From Eledone cirrhosa (taxonomy: Eukaryota), in the NCBI GenBank assembly GCA_964016885.1, contig OZ024741.1:22010001-22074000 (forward strand): a stretch of DNA of 64,000 nt. The letters run 5' to 3'. The notes beneath the pieces were generated by a model. The model was given only the letters and a program-made list of their open reading frames with translations, was not told the DNA's origin and made no database searches. Positions 12,701 through 27,300 of the stretch are shown here, piece by piece (the stretch's first letter is position 1; the number at the start of each line of letters is the position of its first letter). The translations under genes and the position numbers were made by a program.

Positions 12701-15700
12701 CTGTTAGTTGTAATAGTATCTGTTAGTTGTAATAGTAATAGTATCTGTTAGTTGTAATAGTAATAGTATCTGTTAATAGTAATAGTATCTGTTAGTTGTA
12801 ATAGTAATAGTATCTGTTAATTGTAATAGTATCTGTTAGTTGTAATAGTAATAGTATCTGTTAATTGTAATAGTATCTGTTAGTTGTAATAGTAATAGTA
12901 TCTGTTAATTGTAATAGTATCTGTTAGTTGTAATAGTAATAGTATCTGTTAATTGTAATAGTATCTGTTAGTTGTAATAGTAATAGTATCTGTTAATTGT
13001 AATAGTATCTGTTAGTTGTAATAGTAATAGTATCTGTTAGTTGTAATAGTAATAGTATCTGTTAGTTGTAATAGTAATAGTATCTGTTAATAGTAATAGT
13101 ATCTGTTAGTTGTAATAGTAATAGTATCTGTTAGTTGTAATAGTAATAGTATCTGTTAGTTGTAATATTAATAATATCTGTTAATAGTAATAGTATCTGT
13201 TAGTTGTAATAGTAATAGTATCTGTTAATAGTAATAGTATCTGTTAGTTGTAATAGTAATAGTATCTGTTAGTTGTAATAGTAATAGTATCTGTTAGTTG
13301 TAATAGTAATAGTATCTGTTAATAGTAATAGTATCTGTTAGTTGTAATAGTAATAGTATCTGTTAGTTGTAATAGTATCTGTTAGTTGTAATAGTAATAG
13401 TATCTGTTAGTTGTAATAGTAATAGTATCTGTTAGTTGTAATAGTAATAGTATGTTAGTTGTAATAGTAATAGTATCTGTTAATAGTAATAGTATCTGTT
13501 AGTTGTAATAGTAATAGTATCTGTTAGTTGTAATAGTATCTGTTAGTTGTAATAGTAATAGTATCTGTTAGTTGTAATAGTAATAGTATCTGTTAGTTGT
13601 AATAGTAATAGTATCTGTTAGTTGTAATAGTAATAGTATCTGTTAATTGTAATAGTATCTATTAGTTGTAATAGTAATAGTATCTGTTAGTTGTAATAGT
13701 AATAGTATCTGTTAGTTGTAATAGTAATAGTATCTGTTAGTTGTAATAGTAATAGTATCTGTTAATAGTAATAGTATCTGTTAGTTGTAATAGTAATAGT
13801 ATCTGTTAGTTGTAATAGTAATAGTATCTGTTAATAGTAATAGTATCTGTTAGTTGTAATAGTAATAGTATCTGTTAGTTGTAATAGTAATAGTATCTGT
13901 TAATTGTAATAGTAATAGTATCTGTTAGTTGTAATAGTAATAGTATCTGTTAGTTGTAATAGTAATAGTATCTGTTAATTGTAATAGTATCTATTAGTTG
14001 TAATAGTAATAGTATCTGTTAGTTGTAATAGTAATAGTATCTGTTAGTTGTAATAGTAATAGTATCTGTTAGTTGTAATAGTAATAGTATCTGTTAGTTG
14101 TAATAGTAATAGTATGTTAGTTGTAATAGTAATAGTATCTGTTAATAGTAATAGTATCTGTTAGTTGTAATAGTAATAGTATCTGTTAGTTGTAATAGTA
14201 TCTGTTAGTTGTAATAGTAATAGTATCTGTTAGTTGTAATAGTAATAGTATGTTAGTTGTAATAGTAATAGTATCTGTTAATAGTAATAGTATCTGTTAG
14301 TTGTAATAGTAATAGTATCTGTTAGTTGTAATAGTAATAGTATCTGTTAGTTGTAATAGTAATAGTATCTGTTAGTTGTAATAGTAATAGTATCTGTTAA
14401 TTGTAATAGTATCTATTAGTTGTAATAGTAATAGTATCTGTTAGTTGTAATAGTAATAGTATCTGTTAGTTGTAATAGTAATAGTATCTGTTAGTTGTAA
14501 TAGTAATAGTATCTGTTAGTTGTAATAGTAATAGTATGTTAGTTGTAATAGTAATAGTATCTGTTAATAGTAATAGTATCTGTTAGTTGTAATAGTAATA
14601 GTATCTGTTAGTTGTAATAGTATCTGTTAGTTGTAATAGTAATAGTATCTGTTAGTTGTAATAGTAATAGTATGTTAGTTGTAATAGTAATAGTATCTGT
14701 TAATAGTAATAGTATCTGTTAGTTGTAATAGTAATAGTATCTGTTAGTTGTAATAGTAATAGTATCTGTTAGTTGTAATAGTAATAGTATCTGTTAGTTG
14801 TAATAGTAATAGTATCTGTTAATTGTAATAGTATCTATTAGTTGTAATAGTAATAGTATCTGTTAGTTGTAATAGTAATAGTATCTGTTAGTTGTAATAG
14901 TAATAGTATCTGTTAGTTGTAATAGTAATAGTATGTTAGTTGTAATAGTAATAGTATCTGTTAATAGTAATAGTATCTGTTAGTTGTAATAGTAATAGTA
15001 TCTGTTAGTTGTAATAGTATCTGTTAGTTGTAATAGTAATAGTATCTGTTAGTTGTAATAGTAATAGTATCTGTTAGTTGTAATAGTAATAGTATCTGTT
15101 AGTTGTAATAGTAATAGTATCTGTTAATTGTAATAGTATCTATTAGTTGTAATAGTAATAGTATCTGTTAGTTGTAATAGTAATAGTATCTGTTAGTTGT
15201 AATAGTAATAGTATCTGTTAGTTGTAATAGTAATAGTATCTGTTAATAGTAATAGTATCTGTTAGTTGTAATAGTAATAGTATCTGTTAGTTGTAATAGT
15301 AATAGTATCTGTTAGTTGTAATAGTAATAGTATCTGTTAATAGTAATAGTATCTGTTAGTTGTAATAGTATCTGTTAGTTGTAATATTAATAGTATCTGT
15401 TAATAGTAATAGTATCTGTTAATAGTAATAGTATCTGTTAGTTGTAATAGTAATAGTATCTGTTAGTTGTAATAGTAATAGTATCTGTTAATAGTAATAG
15501 TATCTGTTAGTTGTAATAGTAATAGTATCTGTTAGTTGTAATAGTAATAGTATCTGTTAGTTGTAATAGTAATAGTATCTGTTAGTTGTAATAGTAATAG
15601 TATCTGTTAATAGTAATAGTATCTGTTAGTTGTAATAGTAATAGTATCTGTTAGTTGTAATAGTAATAGTATCTGTTAATAGTAATAGTATCTGTTAGTT

Positions 15701-16557
15701 GTAATAGTAATAGTATCTGTTAGTTGTAATAGTAATAGTATCTGTTAGTTGTAATAGTAATAGTATCTGTTAATAGTAATAGTATCTGTTAATAGTAATA
15801 GTATCTGTTAGTTGTAATAGTAATAGTATCTGTTAATAGTAATAGTATCTGTTAGTTGTAATAGTAATAGTATCTGTTAGTTGTAATAGTAATAGTATCT
15901 GTTAGTTGTAATATTAATAGTATCTGTTAATAGTAATAGTATCTGTTAATAGTAATAGTATCTGTTAGTTGTAATAGTAATAGTATCTGTTAGTTGTAAT
16001 AGTAATAGTATCTGTTAATAGTAATAGTATCTGTTAGTTGTAATAGTAATAGTATCTGTTAGTTGTAATAGTATCTGTTAGTTGTAATAGTAATAGTATC
16101 TGTTAGTTGTAATAGTAATAGTATCTGTTAGTTGTAATAGTAATAGTATCTGTTAGTTGTAATAGTAATAGTATCTGTTAGTTGTAATAGTAATAGTATC
16201 TGTTAGTTGTAATAGTAATAGTATCTGTTAATAGTAATAGTATCTGTTAGTTGTAATAGTAATAGTATCTGTTAGTTGTAATAGTAATAGTATCTGTTAG
16301 TTGTAATAGTAATAGTATCTGTTAATAGTAATAGTATCTGTTAGTTGTAATAGTATCTGTTAGTTGTAATAGTATCTGTTAGTTGTAATAGTAATAGTAT
16401 CTGTTAGTTGTAATAGTATCTGTTAGTTGTAATAGTAATAGTATCTGTTAGTTGTAATAGTAATAGTATCTGTTAGTTGTAATAGTAATAGTATCTGTTA
16501 ATAGTAATAGTATCTGTTAGTTGTAATAGTAATAGTATCTGTAATAGTATCTGTTAG
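6775..16557. repeat. ~9.8-kb satellite of 25-bp TATCTGTTAGTTGTAATAGTAATAG and 19-bp variants
   Basis: Direct reading; highly homogeneous with rare variant units. Confidence 0.97.
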
Positions 16558-16711
16558 AGTGAGTACCAGTAATATTCGGGGAGTTAACCCTGCGATGGAC
16601 TGGCGTCCTGTTTAGGAGGGAGTCTTGTAGTCTCAGCCGCTTCACCAAACCGGGATAAGGACCAACCTGATGAGTCTCCGGGCTAAGACAGACTTAAGAC
16701 TTAAGACTTAG
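16552..16711 (+). mobile_element. SINE 3' half (same family as 57115-57535), ending in an (AGACTTA)n tail
   Basis: gagtaccagtaata..ttaaccctgcgatggactgg..aaaccgggataag..agacagactt aligns with 57390-57532. Confidence 0.75.
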
Positions 16712-16712
16712 A

Positions 16713-16990
16713 TATGGCAAACTCCCTTGAGCCTCTGCCCTTCTAAAATCCCGGAGAGCTCAATTTGCTGGCCACTGTCACCGTGCCAGCAATGAAATCA
16801 TATCCGCTCTCTTGCTCTGGAACTCTGACTCCAGCCTGACTAGGAGTAGGAAGCTGTCATCCCTGACGTTATCTCTAGAGATACGGGAATCAGTAGACAG
16901 GACCTGGGGGCAGCGATGGGGGACAGGGGATTCTGGGGCATGAGAGTGAGATCCATCATCTAGGCAGTAGTCGACGAGTGATGATGTGTG
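16713..16990 (+). mobile_element. RTE/RTEX-like LINE 3' fragment
   Basis: Translates YGKLP...RRAQFAGHCHRASNEIISALLLW.. then, after a frameshift, PDVISRDTGISRQDLGAAMGDRGFW; ends in a TGATGATG tail. The pattern is typical of RTE-group ORF C-termini. Confidence 0.7.
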
Positions 16991-17034
16991 ATAGACCATA
17001 TGTAAGCAAATAAGACCACACTGTTAAAAATAAT

Positions 17035-17262
17035 AATTGTTTCTTATATAGGCACAAGGCCATCAATTTTGGAGGAGGGGAAAGTCGATTAAATTAACCC
17101 AGTACGTGACTGGTAATTTATTTTATCGACCTCGTAAGGATGAAAGGCAAAGTTAACCTCGGCGGGATTTAAACTCAGATCATAAAAGGCCGTAACTCTA
17201 TGCTGCAAAGAATGGTGTCCGACCCGCTAACCGATACTGCCAATCCACCACCCCAATACTGC
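17035..17262 (-). mobile_element. tRNA-derived SINE, near full length
   Basis: Minus strand has a tRNA-like head with B-box-like gagtttaaatccc, then the core aactttgcctttcatccttacgaggtcgataaaataaattaccag (resembles the Meta-SINE central domain; inference) and a tail ending ccttgtgcct..gaaacaattatt. Confidence 0.8.
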
Positions 17263-17389
17263 CAAATAATAATAACATAACAGAGATATAATTATCAAAC
17301 TCCATTAAGTAAAAAGCTCGTTATCTCACATTATCAGCACTGTACATTTGAAACACTCACACATATGTAACTATAAATAGCTATTTTGG

Positions 17390-17508
17390 TTTTATAATAC
17401 CTAATACCTGTGTCAGCATATACATATGTACAAACATACACATAATATATATTTATATATTTATAATACTTATTACCTATGTGAGCATATTCATACGTAC
17501 AAACACAC

Positions 17509-17560
<52 letters not shown>

Positions 17561-17605
17561 ATACTTATTACCTATGTGAGCATAATCATACGTACAAACA
17601 CACAT

Positions 17606-17643
<38 letters not shown>

Positions 17644-17691
17644 ATACCTATTACCTATGTGAGCAAATACATACGTACAAACACACACATA

Positions 17692-17740
<49 letters not shown>
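17390..17740. repeat. Four tandem copies of a ~50-bp unit, each followed by (TA)n
   Basis: tataatacttattacctatgtgagcatattcatacgtacaaacacacat at ~17392, 17463, 17557 and 17640. Confidence 0.85.
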
Positions 17741-17743
<3 letters not shown>

Positions 17744-17811
17744 GTGTTAGTACAAACGAAATAGCAATCAACGCATAATGTGGGTGTTGAGAGTATTTGC
17801 ATTAACAAACT

Positions 17812-18000
17812 ATTTATATAAATACTATATATATATATATTATATATATATACTGTTTTATATATATATATATATATATGAATACTATATATATATATAT
17901 ATATATATATAGTGCAAAGTCAACAACTGTCAGAAAATAGTTTGTGTATATACATCCATACATACGCACACACACACAGATGAACACACACACACAGATG

Positions 18001-18040
<40 letters not shown>

Positions 18041-18078
18041 TATATATATATGCGTGTGTGCATCTGTGTGTGTGTGCA

Positions 18079-18123
<45 letters not shown>
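17812..18123. repeat. (TA)n, (CA)n, (TG)n microsatellite cluster
   Basis: Direct reading. Confidence 0.9.
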
Positions 18124-18126
<3 letters not shown>

Positions 18127-18300
18127 TTTTCTTTGAAAAACACGATGTTGGCAATATTTTGAATGTGTGCTGGGATAGGCGTGAGTGTGAAGGTTACAGA
18201 ACAGGAAAGTACTTCTTATCTTTGTTGGGAACTCTTGTGGCAACATATTGTCCAGTAATGCTAACCATATACAACAGGAGCACCACATTGCTGGTATCTT

Positions 18301-21300
18301 ACCACCACCACCACCTCTAGCAATACCACCACCACTAACAATACCACCACACCACCACCACCACTAACAATACCACCACACCACCACCACCACTAACGAT
18401 ACCACCACACCACCACCACCACTAACAATACCACCACACCACCACCACCACTAACAATACCACCACACCACCACCACCACTAACAATACCACCACCACCA
18501 CTAACAATACCGCCACACCACCACCACCACTAACAATACCGCCACACCACCACCACGACTAACAATACCGCCACACCGCCACCACCACTAACAATACCGC
18601 CACACCACCACCACCACTAACAATACCGCCACACCACCACTAACAATACCGCCACACCACCACTAACAATACCGCCACACCACCACCACCACTAACAATA
18701 CCGCCACACCACCACCACCACTAACAATACCGCCACACCACCACCACCACTAACAATACCACCACACCACCACCACCACTAACAATACCACCACACCACC
18801 ACCACCACTAACAATACCACCACCACCACTAACAATACCGCCACACCACCACCACCACTAACAATACCGCCACACCACCACCACCACTAACAATACCGCC
18901 ACACCACCACCACGACTAACAATACCACCACACCACCACCACCACTAACAATACCACCACACCACCACCACCACTAACAATACCACCACCACCACTAACA
19001 ATACCGCCACACCACCACCACCACTAACAATACCGCCACACCACCACCACCACTAACAATACCACCACACCACCACCACCACTAACAATACCGCCACACC
19101 ACCACTAACAATACCGCCACACCACCACCACCACTAACAATACCGCCACACCACCACCACCACTAACAATACCGCCACACCACCACCACGACTAACAATA
19201 CCACCACACCACCACCACCACTAACAATACCACCACACCACCACCACCACTAACAATACCACCACCACCACTAACAATACCGCCACACCACCACCACCAC
19301 TAACAATACCGCCACACCACCACCACCACTAACAATACCGCCACACCACCACCACCACCACTAACAATACCGCCACACCACCACCACCACTAAGAATACC
19401 GCCACACCACCACCACCACAAACAATACCGCCACACCACCACCACCACTAACAATACCGCCACACCACCACCACCACCACTAACAATACCGCCACACCAC
19501 CACCACCACTAACAATACCGCCACACCACCACCACCACAAACAATACCGCCACACCACCACCACCACTAACAATACCGCCACACCACCACCGCCACTAAC
19601 AATACCGCCACACCACCACCACCACTAACAATACCGCCACACCACCACCACCACTAACAATACCGCCACACCACCACCACCACAAACAATACCGCCACAC
19701 CACCACCACCACGAACAATACCGCCACACCGCCACCACCACTAACAATACCGCCACACCACCACCACCACTAACAATACCGCCACACCACCACCACTAAC
19801 AATACCGCTACACCGCCACCACCACTAACAATACCGCCACACCACCACCACCACCACTAACAATACCGACACACCACCACCACCACTAACAATACCGCCA
19901 CACCACCACCACCACCACTAACAATACCGCCACACCACCACCACCACTAACAATACCGCCACACCACCACCACCACTAACAATACCGCCACACCACCACC
20001 ACCACCACTAACAATACCGCCACACCACCACCACCACCACTAACAATACCGCCACACCACCACCACCACCACTAAGAATACCGCCACACCACCACCACCA
20101 CTAACAATACCGCCACACCACCACCACCACTAACAATACCGCCACACCACCACCACCACCACTAACAATACCGCCACACCACCACCACCACTAACAATAC
20201 CGCCACACCACCACCACCACTAACAATACCGCCACACCACCACCACCACCACTAACAATACCGCCACACCACCACCACCACTAACAATACCGCCACACCA
20301 CCACTAACAATACCGCCACACCACCACCGCCACTAACAATACCGCCACACCACCACTAACAATACCGCCACACCACCACCGCCACTAACAATACCGCCAC
20401 ACCACCACTAACAATACCGCCACACCGCCACCACCACTAACAATACCGCCACACCACCACCACCACTAACAATACCGCCACACCACCACCACCACCACTA
20501 ACAATACCGCCACACCACCACCACCACTAACAATACCGCCACACCACCACCACCACTAACAATACCGCCACACCGCCACCACCACCACCACTAACAATAC
20601 CGCCACACCACCACCACCACTAACAATACCGCCACACCACCACCACCACTAACAATACCGCCACACCACCACCACCACTAACAATACCGCCACACCACCA
20701 CCACCACCACTAACAATACCGCCACACCACCACCACCACTAACAATACCGCCACACCACCACCACCACTAACAATACCGCCACACCACCACCACCACTAA
20801 CAATACCGCCACACCACCACCACCACTAACAATACCGCCACACCACCACCACCACTAACAATACCGCCACACCACCACCACCACTAACAATACCGCCACA
20901 CCACCACCACCACCACTAACAATACCGCCACACCACCACCACCACTAACAATACCGCCACACCACCACCACCACTAACAATACCGCCACACCACCACCAC
21001 CACTAACAATACCGCCACACCACCACCACCACTAACAATACCGCCACACCACCACCACCACCACTAACAATACCGCCACACCACCACCACCACTAACAAT
21101 ACCGCCACACCACCACCACCACTAACAATACCGCCACACCACCACCACCACCACTAACAATACCGCCACACCACCACCACCACTAACAATACCGCCACAC
21201 CACCACCACCACTAACAATACCGCCACACCACCACACCACTAACAATACCGCCACACCACCACCACCACTAACAATACCGCCACACCACCACCGCCACTA

Positions 21301-24300
21301 ACAATACCGCCACACCACCACCACCACTAACAATACCGCCACACCACCACTAACAATACCGCCACACCGCCACCACCACTAACAATACCGCCACACCACC
21401 ACCACCACCACTAACAATACCGCCACACCACCACCGCCACTAACAATACCGCCACACCACCACCACCACTAACAATACCGCCACACCACCACTAACAATA
21501 CCGCCACACCACCACCACCACTAACAATACCGCCACACCACCACTAACAATACCGCCACACCACCACCACCACCACTAACAATACCGCCACACCACCACC
21601 GCCACTAACAATACCGCCACACCACCACTAACAATACCGCCACACCACCACCACCACCACTAACAATACCGCCACACCACCACCGCCACTAACAATACCG
21701 CCACACCACCACTAACAATACCGCCACACCACCACCACCACCACTAACAATACCGCCACACCACCACCGCCACTAACAATACCGCCACACCACCACCACC
21801 ACTAACAATACCGCCACACCACCACTAACAATACCGCCACACCACCACCACAACTAACAATACCGCCACACCACCACTAACAATACCGCCACACCACCAC
21901 CACCACCACTAACAATACCGCCACACCACCACCGCCACTAACAATACCGCCACACCACCACCGCCACTAACAATACCGCCACACCACCACCGCCACTAAC
22001 AATACCGCCACACCACCACCACAACTAACAATACCGCCACACCACCACTAACAATACCGCCACACCACCACCACCACCACTAACAATACCGCCACACCAC
22101 CACTAACAATACCGCCACACCACCACCACCACCACTAACAATACCGCCACACCACCACCGCCACTAACAATACCGCCACACCACCACCACAACTAACAAT
22201 ACCGCCACACCACCACTAACAATACCGCCACACCACCACCACCACCACTAACAATACCGCCACACCACCACCGCCACTAACAATACCGCCACACCACCAC
22301 CACAACTAACAATACCGCCACACCACCACTAACAATACCGCCACACCACCACCACCACCACTAACAATACCGCCACACCACCACCACCACCACTAACAAT
22401 ACCGCCACACCACCACCGCCACTAACAATACCGCCACACCACCACCACCACTAACAATACCGCCACACCACCACCACCACTAACAATACCGCCACACCGC
22501 CACCACCACTAACAATACCGCCACACCACCACCGCCACTAACAATACCGCCACACCGCCACCACCACTAACAATACCGCCACACCGCCACCGCCACTAAC
22601 AATACCGCCACACCACCACCACCACTAACAATACCGCCACACCACCACTAACAATACCGCCACACCACCACCACCACCACTAACAATACCGCCACACCAC
22701 CACCGCCACTAACAATACCGCCACACCACCACCACCACTAACAATACCGCCACACCACCACCGCCACTAACAATACCGCCACACCACCACCACCACCACT
22801 AACAATACCGCCACACCACCACCACCACTAACAATACCGCCACACCACCACCACCACTAACAATACCGCCACACCACCACCACCACCACTAACAATACCG
22901 CCACACCACCACCACCACCACTAACAATACCGCCACACCACCACCACCACTAACAATACCGCCACACCACCACCACCACTAACAATACCGCCACACCACC
23001 ACCACCACCACTAACAATACCGCCACACCACCACTAACAATACCGCCACACCGCCACCACCACTAACAATACCGCCACACCGCCACCACCACTAACAATA
23101 CCGCCACACCACCACCACCACTAACAATACCGCCACACCACCACCACCACTAACAATACCGCCACACCACCACCACTAACAATACCGCCACACCACCACC
23201 ACCACTAACAATACCGCCACACCACCACCACCACTAACAATACCGCCACACCACCACCACCACCACTAACAATACCGCCACACCACCACCACCACTAACA
23301 ATACCGCCACACCACCACCACCACTAACAATACCGCCACACCACCACCGCCACTAACAATACCGCCACACCACCACCACCACTAACAATACCGCCACACC
23401 ACCACCACCACTAACAATACCGCCACACCACCACCACCACTAACAATACCGCCACACCACCACCGCCACTAACAATACCGCCACACCACCACCACCACTA
23501 ACAATACCGCCACACCACCACCGCCACTAACAATACCGCCACACCACCACCACCACCACTAACAATACCGCCACACCACCACCACCACTAACAATACCGC
23601 CACACCACCACCACCACTAACAATACCGCCACACCACCACCGCCACTAACAATACCGCCACACCACCACCACCACCACTAACAATACCGCCACACCACCA
23701 CCACCACCACTAACAATACCGCCACACCACCACCACCACTAACAATACCGCCACACCACCACCACCACCACTAACAATACCGCCACACCACCACCACCAC
23801 TAACAATACCGCCACACCACCACTAACAATACCGCCACACCGCCACCACCACTAACAATACCGCCACACCACCACTAACAATACCGCCACACCACCACCG
23901 CCACTAACAATACCGCCACACCACCACTAACAATACCGCCACACCGCCACCACCACTAACAATACCGCCACACCACCACCACCACTAACAATACCGCCAC
24001 ACCACCACCGCCACTAACAATACCGCCACACCACCACCACCACTAACAATACCGCCACACCACCACCACCACTAACAATACCGCCACACCACCACCACCA
24101 CTAACAATACCGCCACACCACCACCACCACTAACAATACCGCCACACCACCACCGCCACTAACAATACCGCCACACCACCACCACCACTAACAATACCGC
24201 CACACCACCACCACCACTAACAATACCGCCACACCACCACCACCACTAACAATACCGCCACACCACCACCACCACTAACAATACCGCCACACCACCACCA

Positions 24301-27300
24301 CCACTAACAATACCGCGACACCACCACCGCCACTAACAATACTGCCACACCACCACCACCACTAACAATACCGCCACACCACCACCGCCACTAACAATAC
24401 CGCCACACCACCACTAACAATACCGCCACACCGCCACCACCACTAACAATACCGCCACACCACCACCACCACTAACAATACCGCCACACCACCACCACCA
24501 CCACTAACAATACCGCCACACCACCACCACCACTAACAATACCGCCACACCACCACCACCACTAACAATACCGCCACACCACCACCACCACTAACAATAC
24601 CGCCACACCACCACCACCACTAACAATACCGCCACACCACCACCACCACTAACAACGCCACACCACCACCACCACTAACAATACCGCCACACCACCACCA
24701 CCACTAACAATACCGCCACACCACCACCACCACTAACAATACCGCCACACCACCACCGCCACTAACAATACCGCCACACCACCACACCACTAACAATACC
24801 GCCACACCACCACCACCACTAACAATACCGCCACACCACCACCACCACTAACAATACCGCCACACCACCACCACCACTAACAATACCGCCACACCACCAC
24901 CACCACTAACAATACCGCCACACCACCACCACCACTAACAATACCGCCACACCACCACCACCACCACTAACAATACCGCCACACCACCACCACCACTAAC
25001 AATACCGCCACACCACCACCACCACTAACAATACCGCCACACCACCACCACCACTAACAATACCGCCACACCACCACCGCCACTAACAATACCGCCACAC
25101 CACCACCACCACTAACAATACCGCCACACCACCACCACCACTAACAATACCGCCACACCACCACCACCACTAACAATACCGCCACACCACCACCACCACT
25201 AACAATACCGCGACACCACCACCGCCACTAACAATACCGCCACACCACCACCACCACTAACAATACCGCCACACCACCACTAACAATACCGCCACACCAC
25301 CACCACTACTAACAATACCGCCACACCACCACCACCACTAACAATACCGCCACACCACCACCACCACTAACAATACCGCCACACCGCCACCACCACTAAC
25401 AATACCGCCACACCACCACCACCACTAACAATACCGCCACACCACCACCACTACTAACAATACCGCCACACCGCCACCACCACTAACAATACCGCCACAC
25501 CACCACCACCACTAACAATACCGCCACACCACCACCACCACCACTAACAATACCGCCACACCACCACCGCCACTAACAATACCGCCACACCGCCACCACC
25601 ACTAACAATACCGCCACACCACCACTAACAACACCGCCACACCACCACCACCACTAACAATACCGCCACACCACCACCGCCACTAACAATACCGCCACAC
25701 CACCACCACCACTAACAATACCGCCACACCACCACCACCACCACTAACAATACCGCCACACCACCACCGCCACTAACAATACCGCCACACCACCACTAAC
25801 AATACCGCCACACCACCACCACCGCCACTAACAATACCGCCACACCACCACCACCACTAACAATACCGCCACACCACCACTAACAATACCGCCACACCAC
25901 CACCGCCACTAACAATACCGCCACACCACCACCACCGCCACTAACAATACCGCCACACCACCACCACCACCACTAACAATACCGCCACACCACCACCACC
26001 ACTAGCAATACCGCCACACCACCACCACCACTAACAATACCGCCACACCGCCACCACCACTAACAATACCGCCACACCACCACCGCCACTAACAATACCG
26101 CCACACCACCACTAACAATACCGCCACACCGCCACCACCACTAACAATACCGCCACACCACCACTAACAATACCGCCACACCACCACCGCCACTAACAAT
26201 ACCGCCACACCACCACTAACAATACCGCCACACCGCCACCACCACTAACAATACCGCCACACCACCACCACCACAAACAATACCGCCACACCACCACTAA
26301 CAATACCGCCACACCACCACCACCACTAACAATACCGCCACACCACCACCACCACAAACAATACCGCCACACTACCACCACCACTAACAATACCGCCACA
26401 CCACCACCACCACTACAATACCGCCACACCACCACCACCACTAACAATACCGCCACACCACCACCACCACAAACAATACCGCCACACCGCCACCACCACT
26501 AACAATACCGCCACACCACCACCACCACTAACAATACCGCCACACCACCACCACCACTAACAATACCGCCACACCACCACCACCACAAACAATACCGCCA
26601 CACCACCACCACCACTAACAGTACCGCCACACCACCACCACCACTAACAATACCGCCACACCACCACCACCACTAACAATACCGCCACACCACCACCACC
26701 ACTAACAATACCGCCACACCACCACCACCACCACTAACAATACCGCCACACCACCACCGCCACTAACAATACCGCCACACCACCACCACCACTAACAATA
26801 CCGCCACACCACCACCACCACTAACAATACCGCCACACCACCACCACCACTAACAATACCGCCACACCACCACCACCACTAACAATACCGCCACACCACC
26901 ACCGCCACTAACAATACCGCCACACCACCACCACCACTAACAATACCGCCACACCACCACCACCGCCACTAACAATACCGCCACACCACCACCGCCACTA
27001 ACAATACCGCCACACCACCACTAACAATACCGCCACACCGCCACCACCACTAACAATACCGCCACACCACCACCACCACAAACAATACCGCCACACCACC
27101 ACCACCACTAACAATACGCCACACCACCACCACCACTAACAATACCGCCACACCGCCACCACCACTAACAATACCGCCACACCACCACTAACAATACCGC
27201 CACACCACCACCACCACCACTAACAATACCGCCACACCACCACCGCCACTAACAATACCGCCACACCACCACCGCCACTAACAATACCGCCACACCACCA

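Noticed and set aside
16666-16700. CTGATGAGTC hammerhead core match
   Set aside because: No downstream GAAA or stems; part of a SINE tail.
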